DNA from: Eubacteriales bacterium
Lineage (GTDB): Bacteria; Bacillota; Clostridia; Oscillospirales; CAG-272
Assembly: GCA_045577925.1 (NCBI GenBank)
Contig: JAZNJH010000025.1
Span: forward strand, 36,307 to 100,306
Reading direction: 5' to 3'
DNA: 64,000 nucleotides
A model generated the notes under the pieces. The model searched no databases. It worked only from the letters and a program-made list of their open reading frames with translations, and was not told the DNA's origin. The stretch's first letter is position 1. The number at the start of each line of letters is the position of its first letter. The position numbers and the translations under genes were made by a program. Shown piece after piece: positions 9,419 to 19,522 of the stretch.

Positions 9419-10075
9419 ATGATAAAAGTATCACCTTCAATTCTCGCAAGCGACTTTTCAAAGCTTGGTGATGAAATCGTATCAATAGTAGACGCCGGGG
9501 CGGAATATATACACATCGACGTTATGGACGGTATGTTCGTTCCGAATATGTCTATTGGTCCTTGCATTATCAGCTCGGTCAGAAAGGTTACAGATGCTGT
9601 TTTTGATACGCATCTCATGATTACCGATCCGATACGTTACGTTGAGGATTTCGCCAATGCAGGTTCAGATATCATCACGTTCCATTTTGAAAGCTGCACA
9701 AATCACAGCGAAGTTATAGACCGTATACATTCATTCGGTAAGAAGGCAGGTATATCAATTAAACCGGCAACGCCCGCATTTGTTCTCGAGCCTTTGCTCG
9801 ACAAAATAGACCTTGTTCTTATAATGACGGTAGAACCCGGATTCGGAGGCCAGTCTTTTATTCCCGAAACACTCGAAAGCGTCAGAATCGTTCGTGAAAT
9901 GATAAATCGCCTCGGTCTTGATTCAAAAGTAGATATTGAGGTCGACGGCGGCATTACCGCTCAGACTGCAGTACTTGCAAAAAATGCAGGAGCAAACGTG
10001 CTGGTTGCAGGAAGTGCTATTTTCAAGGCTGAGGACAGAAAGGCCGCAATTCAAGCAATTAAGAATAACCAATAA
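9419..10075 (+). CDS. rpe: Ribulose-phosphate 3-epimerase
   Basis: Motifs SPSILASDFSKLGDEI, HIDVMDGMFVPN, DTHLM, EPGFGGQSF and VDGGI. RBS AAAGGAG. Confidence 0.93.
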   Translation: MIKVSPSILASDFSKLGDEIVSIVDAGAEYIHIDVMDGMFVPNMSIGPCIISSVRKVTDAVFDTHLMITDPIRYVEDFANAGSDIITFHFESCTNHSEVIDRIHSFGKKAGISIKPATPAFVLEPLLDKIDLVLIMTVEPGFGGQSFIPETLESVRIVREMINRLGLDSKVDIEVDGGITAQTAVLAKNAGANVLVAGSAIFKAEDRKAAIQAIKNNQ

Positions 10076-10192
10076 TAAATAGTATAAATTTTTAAGCACA
10101 ATATAATTAACAAATTATTAACACATATGCTTTGCGTGTTTGATATAATTGTATTGTGTTATATATTAACTAACTGAAAGAGGGTTTAAGTT

Positions 10193-11482
10193 ATGAAAGC
10201 AAAAACACTCGCAATTTTATCAATCATTCTACTTTTAGTAATGGTATTTCCCGTTGTAGCAAGTGCAGATGAGGCTGCTAAGCAGGATCTGTTCGATGCA
10301 GCATATGAAGCATGCCCCGCAAACTACAGAAAATATTATATGGGAACGGTTGAAAACATATTAAATCAGATAGACGTTTCACGTGAGCAGGCAGATTCTG
10401 TAATAGCGCTTGTCGACGAAGGCGTTTCATATCTGAATAGCGTTGGCGACAAAGGCCCTTCGCTCAGCGATTACGGTGTTAAAGGTGTAGAAAAAGGTGT
10501 TTCCTTATTTGAACAGGCATGCTCTGTATTAAATATAGGATATAAATTGACTACAATTCCCGAAAATGCTGCCGCCCATCCCGGAGACCAGTTAATTACA
10601 CTGACATATAACGGCAAAATCATTGCTACAATTGACGGTGATGATCTTTCCTCGTATTCAGCAGGCGGATCAACCGGCTCAACATCTTATTATGCGGTCA
10701 GCTTTGAATCAAACGGCGGTAGCGAAGTTTTAAAGCAACGTGTTAAAAGAGACTCTCTTGTAAAAGAACCTGAAGTTCCTACCAGGGAAGGCTTTGAATT
10801 CGGTGGATGGTATACTGATAAGGAATTCAAAACGCCCTTTGATTTTTCAACTAAAATCAAGAAGAGCATTACTCTTTATGCTAAGTGGGTTGAAATAACA
10901 GAACCCGTCGAACCTGAAGTATGGAAAAATCCGTATGCAGACGTATCCGAGTCAGATTGGTATTTTGAAGATCTGAAGACTCTTACACAGCTTGGTTATA
11001 TAAACGGTGTATCCGATAACGAATTTGGCGGAAATCTTCCGCTTACAAGAGGAATGTTTGTTACTATTCTTCACCGTATTGACGGCGGAGCTGCTGCAAG
11101 TGAGTGCTCTTTTGAAGACGTGGCTGACGGAGCATGGTATGAAGCAGGAGTAAGCTGGGCAAGCGAAAACGGAATCGTTACCGGATTTAATGACAAAGAA
11201 TTCAGACCCGATATTCCGATAACACGCGAACAGATGGCGGCTATTCTCTTCCGCTATGCAATATACAAGGGCATGAATGCAGTAACACTTCAGGAAAGCT
11301 TACACTTTATTGACTCTGATCAGATTTCAGAATACGCTGTACCCGCTATGAACTGGGCTACAAGTGTTCGAATCATCAGAGGCCACGGCGACGGAACAGT
11401 TACACCTCTTGATTATGCAACAAGAGCTCACGTAACCGCAGTATTCGCAAGATTCCTTGAGCTAATAGGAGCTATAAAATAA
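10193..11482 (+). CDS. S-layer-homology (SLH) anchored surface protein with one Flg_new repeat
   Basis: Signal peptide ending VVASA. Flg_new unit YAVSFESNGGSEV...GFEFGGWYTDKEF...LYAKW. Three SLH repeats (YADVSESDWYF..., FEDVADGAWYE..., FIDSDQISEYA...). Confidence 0.85.
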   Translation: MKAKTLAILSIILLLVMVFPVVASADEAAKQDLFDAAYEACPANYRKYYMGTVENILNQIDVSREQADSVIALVDEGVSYLNSVGDKGPSLSDYGVKGVEKGVSLFEQACSVLNIGYKLTTIPENAAAHPGDQLITLTYNGKIIATIDGDDLSSYSAGGSTGSTSYYAVSFESNGGSEVLKQRVKRDSLVKEPEVPTREGFEFGGWYTDKEFKTPFDFSTKIKKSITLYAKWVEITEPVEPEVWKNPYADVSESDWYFEDLKTLTQLGYINGVSDNEFGGNLPLTRGMFVTILHRIDGGAAASECSFEDVADGAWYEAGVSWASENGIVTGFNDKEFRPDIPITREQMAAILFRYAIYKGMNAVTLQESLHFIDSDQISEYAVPAMNWATSVRIIRGHGDGTVTPLDYATRAHVTAVFARFLELIGAIK

Positions 11483-11568
11483 TAACTATCAAATATTACC
11501 TGCCTGAAAGGGCAGGTAATATTGCTATAATATAGTTTGAATTTAAAATTTTCCAAAGCGAGGTACTT

Positions 11569-12243
11569 ATGAGCAAAATAACAAAGGCACTTCTGATGAC
11601 TGTGATGCCGATACTCATCGTCACCGCAATACTTATATTGACACACTGCGTCTACACAGAACTTTCTAAAAACGTCTTTATTTCGGCATTGTTTTCAGAT
11701 AAAAATATTGTCACGGACTTAAGCAGAGAGGCGTCAGATTCACAATTTCATAGCGACGTGCCTGAAACGATAGAATACAGTAATGAAACCATCGGCGCAA
11801 TAGATTTTGCCTCGCAGTGGGCAGAGATAAACGTTGACGGCTGGAGTGTAAAAAATATACCCGTATACTTCGGAGACACTGCCGACATACTTACAAACGG
11901 AGCCGGAATGTGGATAGGCTCGTACTTCTGCGGTCAGGGCAGAAATTGTATAGTTTCCGGCAACGTAATGACTCATTTTTATGAAATTGAAAACACTACG
12001 ATAGGAACACTTATTACGGTAAATACAGTTTACGGGGCATACGAATACGAGGTGTGTGATAAATTCGTCTTTTCAAAGAGTGATATTGACATTCTCTACG
12101 ATGAAAACGGCAGTGATACGCTTATTTTACATACAAGCTATCCTCGCTCTCTCGGGCTCTATACCGGAGATGAACGTATTGCACTCATTTGTACCCTCAA
12201 GCGCGGCATTATATATAAAACCGCCTTTGAGAGTGATAATTAA
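11569..12243 (+). CDS. Sortase-fold membrane-anchored protein; the canonical TLxTC cysteine appears absent
   Basis: N-terminal TM anchor ALLMTVMPILIVTAILILT. The core aligns by eye to class D-type sortases: IPVYFGDTADILTNGAG...IVSGNVMTHFYEI...GTLITV...YEYEV...DTLILHTSYP...ERIAL. At the TLxTC.P position the sequence reads LILHTSYP. Confidence 0.55.
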   Translation: MSKITKALLMTVMPILIVTAILILTHCVYTELSKNVFISALFSDKNIVTDLSREASDSQFHSDVPETIEYSNETIGAIDFASQWAEINVDGWSVKNIPVYFGDTADILTNGAGMWIGSYFCGQGRNCIVSGNVMTHFYEIENTTIGTLITVNTVYGAYEYEVCDKFVFSKSDIDILYDENGSDTLILHTSYPRSLGLYTGDERIALICTLKRGIIYKTAFESDN

Positions 12244-12263
12244 AGAAAGGAAGGTGGCTACGA

Positions 12264-13136
12264 ATGAAAAAAACGATATGTTCCGTTTTAATAACCGCAG
12301 GTGCAGTAATACTTCCCTTTCTTTTGTGCGCCACACTCGTTTTTGCTCTGCCTTATTTTACAATTTATTCTCCCGACGTGTTTACTGAAGGAGTATGCGA
12401 ACAAATTGATAAAGACAGACTTGAGAGTGACATGAAAGCGCTTATAAGCACGACCGTGCAAACGTACAGTCATAACGCAGAAATCATCACTTCCGTTATT
12501 GACAAGTATGAATTAAAAGAGATTGCCGGCGAGTATTTTACAAAATACTTTAATTCCTTTATTTCAGGTGACACAACTACTCCGCGTATAACCTACCGTA
12601 ACAATGCTTTTTACTATGCAATAAAAGAGAATGCTCATTTAAGTCAGCGCCCCGATTTTTTTGAAATAGACGAAAATTCACTCTTGCTTGCAACCAAGTG
12701 TAACAATCTTGTAGAAAATTATATAAATTCTCTGTCAATTGATTCAGCATATTCTCTGCTTACTTCTTACAAAAGTTCATATTTAAAAATAGCAGAAACG
12801 GGAAAGTATTTTCCCCCGCTTGCAACGTTGTGTGCTGTTATTTTTACAATTCTCTTTGTTTATATAATAATTCAGAAACGGTGTAAGACATTATACAGGC
12901 TTACTCTTTCCCTCTTTTCAATATCAGCGATCTTTACCGTGCCGTTTATCTACATTGGTGCGGCTGATCTTCCCGCAAAGCTCAATATCAGCGCCGGGGC
13001 ATCATACTTATACATTAATGCAGTGTACCGCTTTATATTTATTGATACTTCATATGTGTACAGTGCGCTCAGCACTGTCCTTTTGATAGGCTTGATAGCA
13101 TCAATAATATGGAATATTAAAGCTAAGACTGAATAA
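12264..13136 (+). CDS. Polytopic membrane protein, function unknown
   Basis: RBS GGAAGGTGG. One N-terminal and several C-terminal hydrophobic helices flank a ~150-aa soluble loop. I recognised no motif. Confidence 0.7.
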   Translation: MKKTICSVLITAGAVILPFLLCATLVFALPYFTIYSPDVFTEGVCEQIDKDRLESDMKALISTTVQTYSHNAEIITSVIDKYELKEIAGEYFTKYFNSFISGDTTTPRITYRNNAFYYAIKENAHLSQRPDFFEIDENSLLLATKCNNLVENYINSLSIDSAYSLLTSYKSSYLKIAETGKYFPPLATLCAVIFTILFVYIIIQKRCKTLYRLTLSLFSISAIFTVPFIYIGAADLPAKLNISAGASYLYINAVYRFIFIDTSYVYSALSTVLLIGLIASIIWNIKAKTE

Positions 13137-13138
13137 CA

Positions 13139-13172
13139 AAACGGGCTCTTATAAAGAGCCTGTTTTATTCAA
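13139..13172 (+). terminator. Rho-independent terminator
   Basis: AACGGGCTCTT-ataa-AGAGCCTGTT followed by TTTATT. Confidence 0.75.
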
Positions 13173-13292
13173 AGAATGTTTCCATTTGTTTTATTGACAT
13201 TTTTATCAAATTGTGGCATAATTATTTATACAAGTGTTTGTTATTAACACATATATATTTTCACTCACTAATTGATAATACCGAGGTACATT

Positions 13293-14120
13293 GTGAATAA
13301 AATTAAAATCGTAGTAGATTCTTCTTCAGATCTCACAGAGCTCTCAAATGCAGACTTTGCCTCAGCTCCCTTAAAAATTGTAACATCTACAAATGAATAC
13401 GTTGATGATAAAAACCTCGACGTTGAACAGATGGTTGAAGTGCTGTATAACTATAAAGGTAAATCATCAACATCATGTCCAAACGTAAACGACTGGCTTG
13501 ATGCTTACGGAGATGCCGAAGAAATCTTCTGCATAACTATGACAAGCAACCTTTCCGGAACCTATAATTCCGCATGTGTTGCAAAAAAGGTATACAGAGA
13601 AAAATATCCCGAACGCCGTGTAAACGTGATCGATTCTCTTTCAACAGGCCCTGAGATCGCTCTTATGGTTGAAAAGATCCGTGATATGATACTTGAAAAC
13701 AAGGATTTTGATCAGATCTCAAACACGATGAAAAATTATAAAACAGAGCTTCTTTTTGCGCTCAAATCCATGAAAAATCTTGCAAATAACGGTCGCGTAA
13801 GTAAGCTTAAAGCAGCCGCTGCCGGCATTCTTGGTATACGTGCCGTAGGTAAAGCAAGCGAACAAGGAACACTTGAAATGCTCTCTAAATGCCGCGGTGA
13901 AGCAAAAACTGTAAAAGCGCTTGTAAAATACATGATAGAAAACGGATATAAGGGTGGAAAAGCAAGGATTACGCACTGTCTTAACAGTAAGGCTGCAGCA
14001 AAGCTTGCAGAAAGAATAAAGAGCCACTTCCCCGATGCAATTATATCTATCGACGAAACACGTGGGCTTTGCAGCTTTTACGCTGAAAAAGGTGGTCTGT
14101 TACTCGGATACGAGGTTTAA
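13293..14120 (+). CDS. DegV family (fatty-acid-binding) protein
   Basis: Start moved to GTG 13293, 6 nt after GAGG. N-terminal KIKIVVDSSSDL and the ~275-aa length fit DegV. Confidence 0.75.
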   Translation: MNKIKIVVDSSSDLTELSNADFASAPLKIVTSTNEYVDDKNLDVEQMVEVLYNYKGKSSTSCPNVNDWLDAYGDAEEIFCITMTSNLSGTYNSACVAKKVYREKYPERRVNVIDSLSTGPEIALMVEKIRDMILENKDFDQISNTMKNYKTELLFALKSMKNLANNGRVSKLKAAAAGILGIRAVGKASEQGTLEMLSKCRGEAKTVKALVKYMIENGYKGGKARITHCLNSKAAAKLAERIKSHFPDAIISIDETRGLCSFYAEKGGLLLGYEV

Positions 14121-14126
14121 GGTAAC

Positions 14127-14156
14127 AAAAAGCACTCACTTTCGTGAGTGCTTTTA
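14127..14156. terminator. Bidirectional terminator between convergent genes
   Basis: AAAA-AGCACTCAC-tttc-GTGAGTGCT-TTT. Confidence 0.8.
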
Positions 14157-14158
14157 AT

Positions 14159-15142
14159 TTATCTTTCTTCTCGGAAATAAGGAAGTCCGAGGCTTGCCGG
14201 AGGCTGATGCTCCGGTTTTTTTCTTGCGCTTGTGAATACAAGCACAATTATCGTAACGACGTAAGGAAGCATTTTGATAAGCTCCTTGTTGCTGCTTGAA
14301 AGATTCGGAATATAAGTACAAATGATGTACAAGCCGCCGAATATGAACGAGCTGAATATCGCCGAATTAGGCTTCCAGAGAGCGAATATTACTATCGCTA
14401 TTGCAAGCCAGCCACGATCACCGAAGCCGTCGTTGGTCCACGCGCCTGACGTATAGTCCATAACAAAGTAAAGACCGCCAAGACCTGCGATAGAGCCTCC
14501 GATACACGTTGAAAGGTACTTGTAAAGCGTTACGTTGATACCTGCCGCATCTGCTGTAGCAGGATTTTCGCCAACTGCTCTGAGATTAAGTCCCACACGT
14601 GTTCTGTTGAGTATCCATGAAACTACAATCGCAATTATAACTGCAAGGTATGCTAAAAATCCAAATGACAGGAACGTCTTTCCGAAAAGCCCCATGTCTG
14701 CGGCAAACGGAAGGGTTGTTTTATAGTAATTACCGGTCGTAAGAAGTGAGATTGAACCGCTCTCACCGAAAAAGCTCAGAAGCGAGCCTCCGTAAAAGTT
14801 ACCTATACCTATACCAAAGGTGGTAAGCGCAAGACCGGTAACGTTCTGATTGGCACGAAGCGTTATAGTCAGAAAGCTGTATATAAGCGCCATAATTCCC
14901 GAGCCGATAAGCGTTGAAAGCAAGGGAATGAGTATGCAAAGCCATGCCACGGGTGTATCTGTAGAATGCTCGTACAAATAACCGCCTATAATGCCAGATA
15001 TGCCGCCAACGTACATAATACCCGGAATACCGAGGTTTAAGTTTCCGCTTTTTTCCGTAAGTATTTCACCTGTTGCACCGTAAAGAAGGGGGATTCCCTG
15101 AACTATCGCCGCATAAATAAATGATGCTATCGTATTTATCAT
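14159..15142 (-). CDS. ABC transporter permease (BMP/nucleoside-type uptake system)
   Basis: Multi-TM protein in an operon with a second permease, a duplicated-NBD ATPase and a BMP lipoprotein. Confidence 0.85.
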   Translation of the reverse strand: MINTIASFIYAAIVQGIPLLYGATGEILTEKSGNLNLGIPGIMYVGGISGIIGGYLYEHSTDTPVAWLCILIPLLSTLIGSGIMALIYSFLTITLRANQNVTGLALTTFGIGIGNFYGGSLLSFFGESGSISLLTTGNYYKTTLPFAADMGLFGKTFLSFGFLAYLAVIIAIVVSWILNRTRVGLNLRAVGENPATADAAGINVTLYKYLSTCIGGSIAGLGGLYFVMDYTSGAWTNDGFGDRGWLAIAIVIFALWKPNSAIFSSFIFGGLYIICTYIPNLSSSNKELIKMLPYVVTIIVLVFTSARKKPEHQPPASLGLPYFREER

Positions 15143-15156
15143 GAATTTACCCTCCC

Positions 15157-16260
15157 TTAATGATTTTTGTGTGAACGGCGGAAGTTAACTTTGTAATTTA
15201 CAAAGAACTCACATCCGATTATGAAGAACAAAATGATACCCGTAAGAATATCAGATATACTTTCGTTGAGTCGCAGGCTCGTTGCGATCTGTCCCGAGCC
15301 GCGCTGCAGGAACACGATAAGGAAGGACGTAAGCATCATAATGATGGGATTAAACTTTGCAAGCCACGACACCATTATAGCCGTAAAGCCCATACCGCCT
15401 GCCGTATTCTTCGTAATAGTGTGGTCAGTACCTGCAACAAGCAAAAGTCCTGCCACACCGCAAAGCGCGCCCGAAATCGCCATTGTACGAAGTATGACCT
15501 TTTTTACGTTGATACCGATATACTTTGCGGTATTCTCACTTTCGCCGACTACCGCTATTTCATATCCGTGCTTACTGTATTTAAGGTAAATATACATAAG
15601 CACCGTAATGGCAACGACAATGATTACGTTGAGCAAATACTTCTGCCCGAATATTTCAGGTAGCCATCCCGACTTCGACGTACGGTTGATTACACCCATA
15701 ACGCTTGAGCCGTTAGGCACCCAAACCATTATCGCAAATGAAACGAACTGCGTTGCAACGTAGTTCATCATAAGTGTGAACAGAGTTTCGTTGGTATTCC
15801 ATTTTGCTTTGAAGTAAGCAGGGATTATTGCCCAGACAATACCTGCAAGCACGCTTGCTGCAAGCATTATCAAAAGGAGCACTACAGACGGAAGTCTGTC
15901 GCCAACATAAAACATACATGCGGCCGATGCAAGACCGCCCATAAGCACCTGTCCTTCAGCACCGATATTCCAAAATCGCATCTTGAATGCAGGGGTTACG
16001 GCAAGGGATATACACAATAACATTGCCGTGCTCTGTACAGTATTCCATATTTTTCTCGGTGTGCCGAAGGTGCCTTCAAACATTGCTTTATAAACCTTGA
16101 AAGGATTGTAGCCTGTCAGCGCGTATACAACACCTGCACAAACAACGAGGGCAAGAATTATAGCCGCAGCGCGGAAAAGCCACGCTTTCCACCAGACCAT
16201 CACATCTCGCTTGGTGATATGCACAAGGGATTCTCTGTATTTCTTTTTGTTCTCAGTCAT
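15157..16260 (-). CDS. ABC transporter permease (BMP/nucleoside-type uptake system)
   Basis: Multi-TM protein. Its start overlaps the stop of the upstream ATPase gene by 8 nt. Confidence 0.85.
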   Translation of the reverse strand: MTENKKKYRESLVHITKRDVMVWWKAWLFRAAAIILALVVCAGVVYALTGYNPFKVYKAMFEGTFGTPRKIWNTVQSTAMLLCISLAVTPAFKMRFWNIGAEGQVLMGGLASAACMFYVGDRLPSVVLLLIMLAASVLAGIVWAIIPAYFKAKWNTNETLFTLMMNYVATQFVSFAIMVWVPNGSSVMGVINRTSKSGWLPEIFGQKYLLNVIIVVAITVLMYIYLKYSKHGYEIAVVGESENTAKYIGINVKKVILRTMAISGALCGVAGLLLVAGTDHTITKNTAGGMGFTAIMVSWLAKFNPIIMMLTSFLIVFLQRGSGQIATSLRLNESISDILTGIILFFIIGCEFFVNYKVNFRRSHKNH

Positions 16261-17782
16261 TCAGATCCCCTCCGGTCTTAGTCATTAAGAGTCCTATCTC
16301 TTCTTTTGTAGTATTTCGTCCGTCTACTATTCCCGTAACACGTCCGCCGCCGATAACCATAATACGGTCGCAAAGCTCAATAAGCACGTCAAGGTCTTCG
16401 CCTACAAATATTACGGCAACGCCCTTCTTCTTCTGGTCGTTAAGCAGATTATATATCGCATACGATGAGTTTATATCAAGTCCTCTTACAGGGTATGCCG
16501 CCATCAGAACCGTCGGAGCTGCTGCTATTTCACGTCCTACGAGCACCTTTTGAACGTTACCGCCCGAAAGTCTGCGGACAGGAGTAGCAGTGTTAGGTGT
16601 AACAACCTCAAGTGTACGTACGATCTCATCGGCAAGGTCGCGCGGACCGCTTCTCTCAAGGAAAAAGGATTTTCCGCGTCTGTAGCTTCTGAGCATCATA
16701 TTGTCTACGATGTCCATATTGCCTACAAGACCCATTCCGAGTCTGTCTTCCGGAACAAACGAAAGCCTTACTCCAAGTTCTCTTATCTGAAGCGGAGTTT
16801 TGTCACGGAGGTTGTCCGTTGCACCCGTCTTGGGATTATTATATAATATCTCGCCCTCTTCAAGATGCTGAAGTCCTGCGATTGCTTCAAGGAGCTCGCG
16901 CTGACCGCTTCCTGCGATACCTGCGATACCGAGTATTTCGCCCGATCGCGCTGTGAACGTTACGTCATCAAGAACCTTTACGCCCTCGCGGTTTACACAG
17001 TCAACGCCGTTTACAACGAGTCTGTCCTGAACGTTTTCAGGCTCTGCTCTTTCAATATTAAGGTCGATCTTTTTACCGACCATCATTTCGGTAAGCTCAG
17101 ACTCGGTAGTCTCTGCAGTATTGACCGTACCTACGTATTCGCCCTTTCTGAGAACAGATACTCTGTCTGAAAGTGCAAGTACCTCATGAAGCTTGTGAGT
17201 GATTATAATTATAGCCTTCCCGGCATCGCGCATTTTTCGAAGCACAGCAAAAAGTTTTTTTGTTTCCTGAGGTGTAAGAACGGCAGTCGGCTCGTCGAGG
17301 ATAAGAATATCCGCGCCCCTGTATAAAACCTTGATTATCTCAACGGTCTGCTTTTCGGAAACCGACATTTCGTATATCTTCTTGTCGGGATCAATATCAA
17401 ATCCGTATTTCTCGCTGATCTCCTTAACACGCGCAGAAACACCTTTGATATCGTACTTCCCGTCTTCCTTAAGTCCGAGAACTACGTTTTGTGCGGCAGA
17501 AAACAGGTCAACGAGCTTGAAGTGCTGATGGATCATACCGATCTTATAGTCAAACGCCTCGTGAGGAGAGCGGATTGCAACCTCTTCACCGTCGATGAAT
17601 ATCTGACCTTCGTCGGGATAATATATACCCGAGATCATATTCATAAGCGTAGTTTTGCCGCTTCCGTTTTCACCTAAAAGCGAGAGTATCTCGCCTTTAT
17701 TTACACTGAGCGATACGTTATGGTTTGCCACAACGCTGCCAAAGCGCTTGGTTATATTTCTGAGTTCTATAGCAACACTCAC
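16253..17782 (-). CDS. ABC transporter ATP-binding protein with two fused NBDs
   Basis: Walker A GENGSGKTT, signature SVSEKQ, Walker B ILILDEPT, and a second NBD with LSGGNVQK. Confidence 0.9.
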   Translation of the reverse strand: MSVAIELRNITKRFGSVVANHNVSLSVNKGEILSLLGENGSGKTTLMNMISGIYYPDEGQIFIDGEEVAIRSPHEAFDYKIGMIHQHFKLVDLFSAAQNVVLGLKEDGKYDIKGVSARVKEISEKYGFDIDPDKKIYEMSVSEKQTVEIIKVLYRGADILILDEPTAVLTPQETKKLFAVLRKMRDAGKAIIIITHKLHEVLALSDRVSVLRKGEYVGTVNTAETTESELTEMMVGKKIDLNIERAEPENVQDRLVVNGVDCVNREGVKVLDDVTFTARSGEILGIAGIAGSGQRELLEAIAGLQHLEEGEILYNNPKTGATDNLRDKTPLQIRELGVRLSFVPEDRLGMGLVGNMDIVDNMMLRSYRRGKSFFLERSGPRDLADEIVRTLEVVTPNTATPVRRLSGGNVQKVLVGREIAAAPTVLMAAYPVRGLDINSSYAIYNLLNDQKKKGVAVIFVGEDLDVLIELCDRIMVIGGGRVTGIVDGRNTTKEEIGLLMTKTGGDLND

Positions 17783-17863
17783 TTATATATACCTCCGTTT
17801 AATTTTGAAAACAAAGCAGAAAAAGCCTTCTGCCCTCTTTTGAAAATTAAACAAGAAAAAGAC

Positions 17864-17897
17864 TTGAGGCGGAGCGCCTGACGGCACTCCGCCTTAA
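17864..17897 (-). terminator. Intra-operon hairpin / partial terminator after the binding-protein gene
   Basis: On the minus strand, CUUAAGGCGGAGUGCC-GUCA-GGCGCUCCGCCUCAAG forms 16 bp with 1 mismatch, then UCUUUUUCUUGUUU. Confidence 0.65.
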
Positions 17898-17910
17898 GTT
17901 TTTTATCTGA

Positions 17911-19146
17911 TTACTGCTCGGAAATACCGTCGATATACTTGATATCGAAGTAAGGAGCACTTCTGAAGGAAGATTCGTTGAATGCACCGTCAGCGATTAC
18001 GTTTGTTTCAGGAACAAAGTCGCCTTCGTCGATAACGTCTGCCTTGTATTCGGGAAGTTCTTCACCGTTTACAGTAAACTTGGATGTGTCGAATACCTTG
18101 ATGGAGCCGTCTCTGAGACCTGCTTCAACTTCTGCAAGCTTTTCAGCTGTGCCTTCAGCAGCAACTGCTGCGTTGAGCTCTGTAAGAAGAACGGATTCTG
18201 TTGCGAGAGAACCGCACCAATCTGTTTCGAAGTTTTCGCCCTTCATTGTAGCATTGATGATCATTCTGAAGTAAGGAGCCCAGTCGATCTTCGAGGAGAT
18301 GAGAGCTGTTGTAGGAGCGATAGAAATTGTGCTTATGTTGTAAGCAACGTTCGGAACGCCTCTTTCTTCGCATGCCTTAGGAGCGCCTTCAGAGTCAGCG
18401 TGCTGGCTTATGAGTACGCACTTATTATCCATAAGCTTGATAGCTGCTTCCTTTTCAAGAGCTATATCAAACCAGGAGTTCGTATAGATAACTTCCATTG
18501 TTGCGCTTTCGCAGACAGATCTTGCACCGAGGAAGAAGGATGTCATACCGGAAACAACTTCAGCGTAGTTGAATGCGCCAACGTAACCGATCTTAGCTTC
18601 TTCAGCTGTGATATCGCCGTTTGCGATCATTTCATTGAGCTTCATACCGGCAGCAACACCTGCGAGGTATCTGCCTTCGTAGATAGAAGCAAACGCGTTG
18701 TGGTAGTTATCAAGACCTTCTGTCTTGGACTTTGTACCTGTTGCGTGAGCAAACTGTACTTCCGGGAATTCCTGTGCCGCCTGGATCATGTATGTTTCAT
18801 GACCGAAGGAATCAGCAAATACGAGGTCGCATCCTGCATCTACAAGCTCAGCAGCTGCTTCGTAGCATGCGTTTGATTCGTCAACACCAACCTTGAAGAG
18901 AACCTGTTCGTCTGTAAGACCGAGTTCAGCCTGAACTGCCTTTGCAGCGTCCATAAAGTTCTTGTCATAAGTGGAGTTTTCGTCGTGAAGGAAAATGAAA
19001 CCAACCTTGAATTCGGGGTCGATTACATCCTCTGCTATAATATCGCTTTCAGATTCACTTTCAACAGCAGTATCGCATGCTGTGAAAGCAACGCTTGCAA
19101 CAAATACCATAGCAAGTGCGAGAAGAATAGAGATAATCTTTTTCAT
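17911..19146 (-). CDS. BMP-family ABC substrate-binding lipoprotein (nucleoside-type)
   Basis: Lipobox SVAFTAC after MKKIISILLALAMVFVA. The operon context matches the PnrA/Med-like architecture. Confidence 0.8.
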   Translation of the reverse strand: MKKIISILLALAMVFVASVAFTACDTAVESESESDIIAEDVIDPEFKVGFIFLHDENSTYDKNFMDAAKAVQAELGLTDEQVLFKVGVDESNACYEAAAELVDAGCDLVFADSFGHETYMIQAAQEFPEVQFAHATGTKSKTEGLDNYHNAFASIYEGRYLAGVAAGMKLNEMIANGDITAEEAKIGYVGAFNYAEVVSGMTSFFLGARSVCESATMEVIYTNSWFDIALEKEAAIKLMDNKCVLISQHADSEGAPKACEERGVPNVAYNISTISIAPTTALISSKIDWAPYFRMIINATMKGENFETDWCGSLATESVLLTELNAAVAAEGTAEKLAEVEAGLRDGSIKVFDTSKFTVNGEELPEYKADVIDEGDFVPETNVIADGAFNESSFRSAPYFDIKYIDGISEQ

Positions 19147-19522
19147 TTTGTTTCTCCTTGCCTTTTGGCTATTTTTTCGTGTCTGAATGACAATATAATT
19201 TTACAATATTAACAGATAAATTACAATACATATTATTAACAAAAAAGGTACACCTACTTTTTGGCATTTTGAACAAATAACCAACACTTTTTGCGAAAAA
19301 TTACGTTTTTCAATTTATTTTGCTTATTTTTGGCTTTATTGTACAATTTTTGTGCCGATTTTTTTAGTTTTTACACAAACGCAAATGCTTTTGCAGGACT
19401 TGTTTAAAAATTCTGTAAAAAATATGTAACCAAAATACAACTTCCGAATAAATGCGAAAGTCTTGTCAAATAGTATTCTTGTAAAAAGATAAATTTTGCA
19501 CCGTGAAAGGAATGATTATAAC

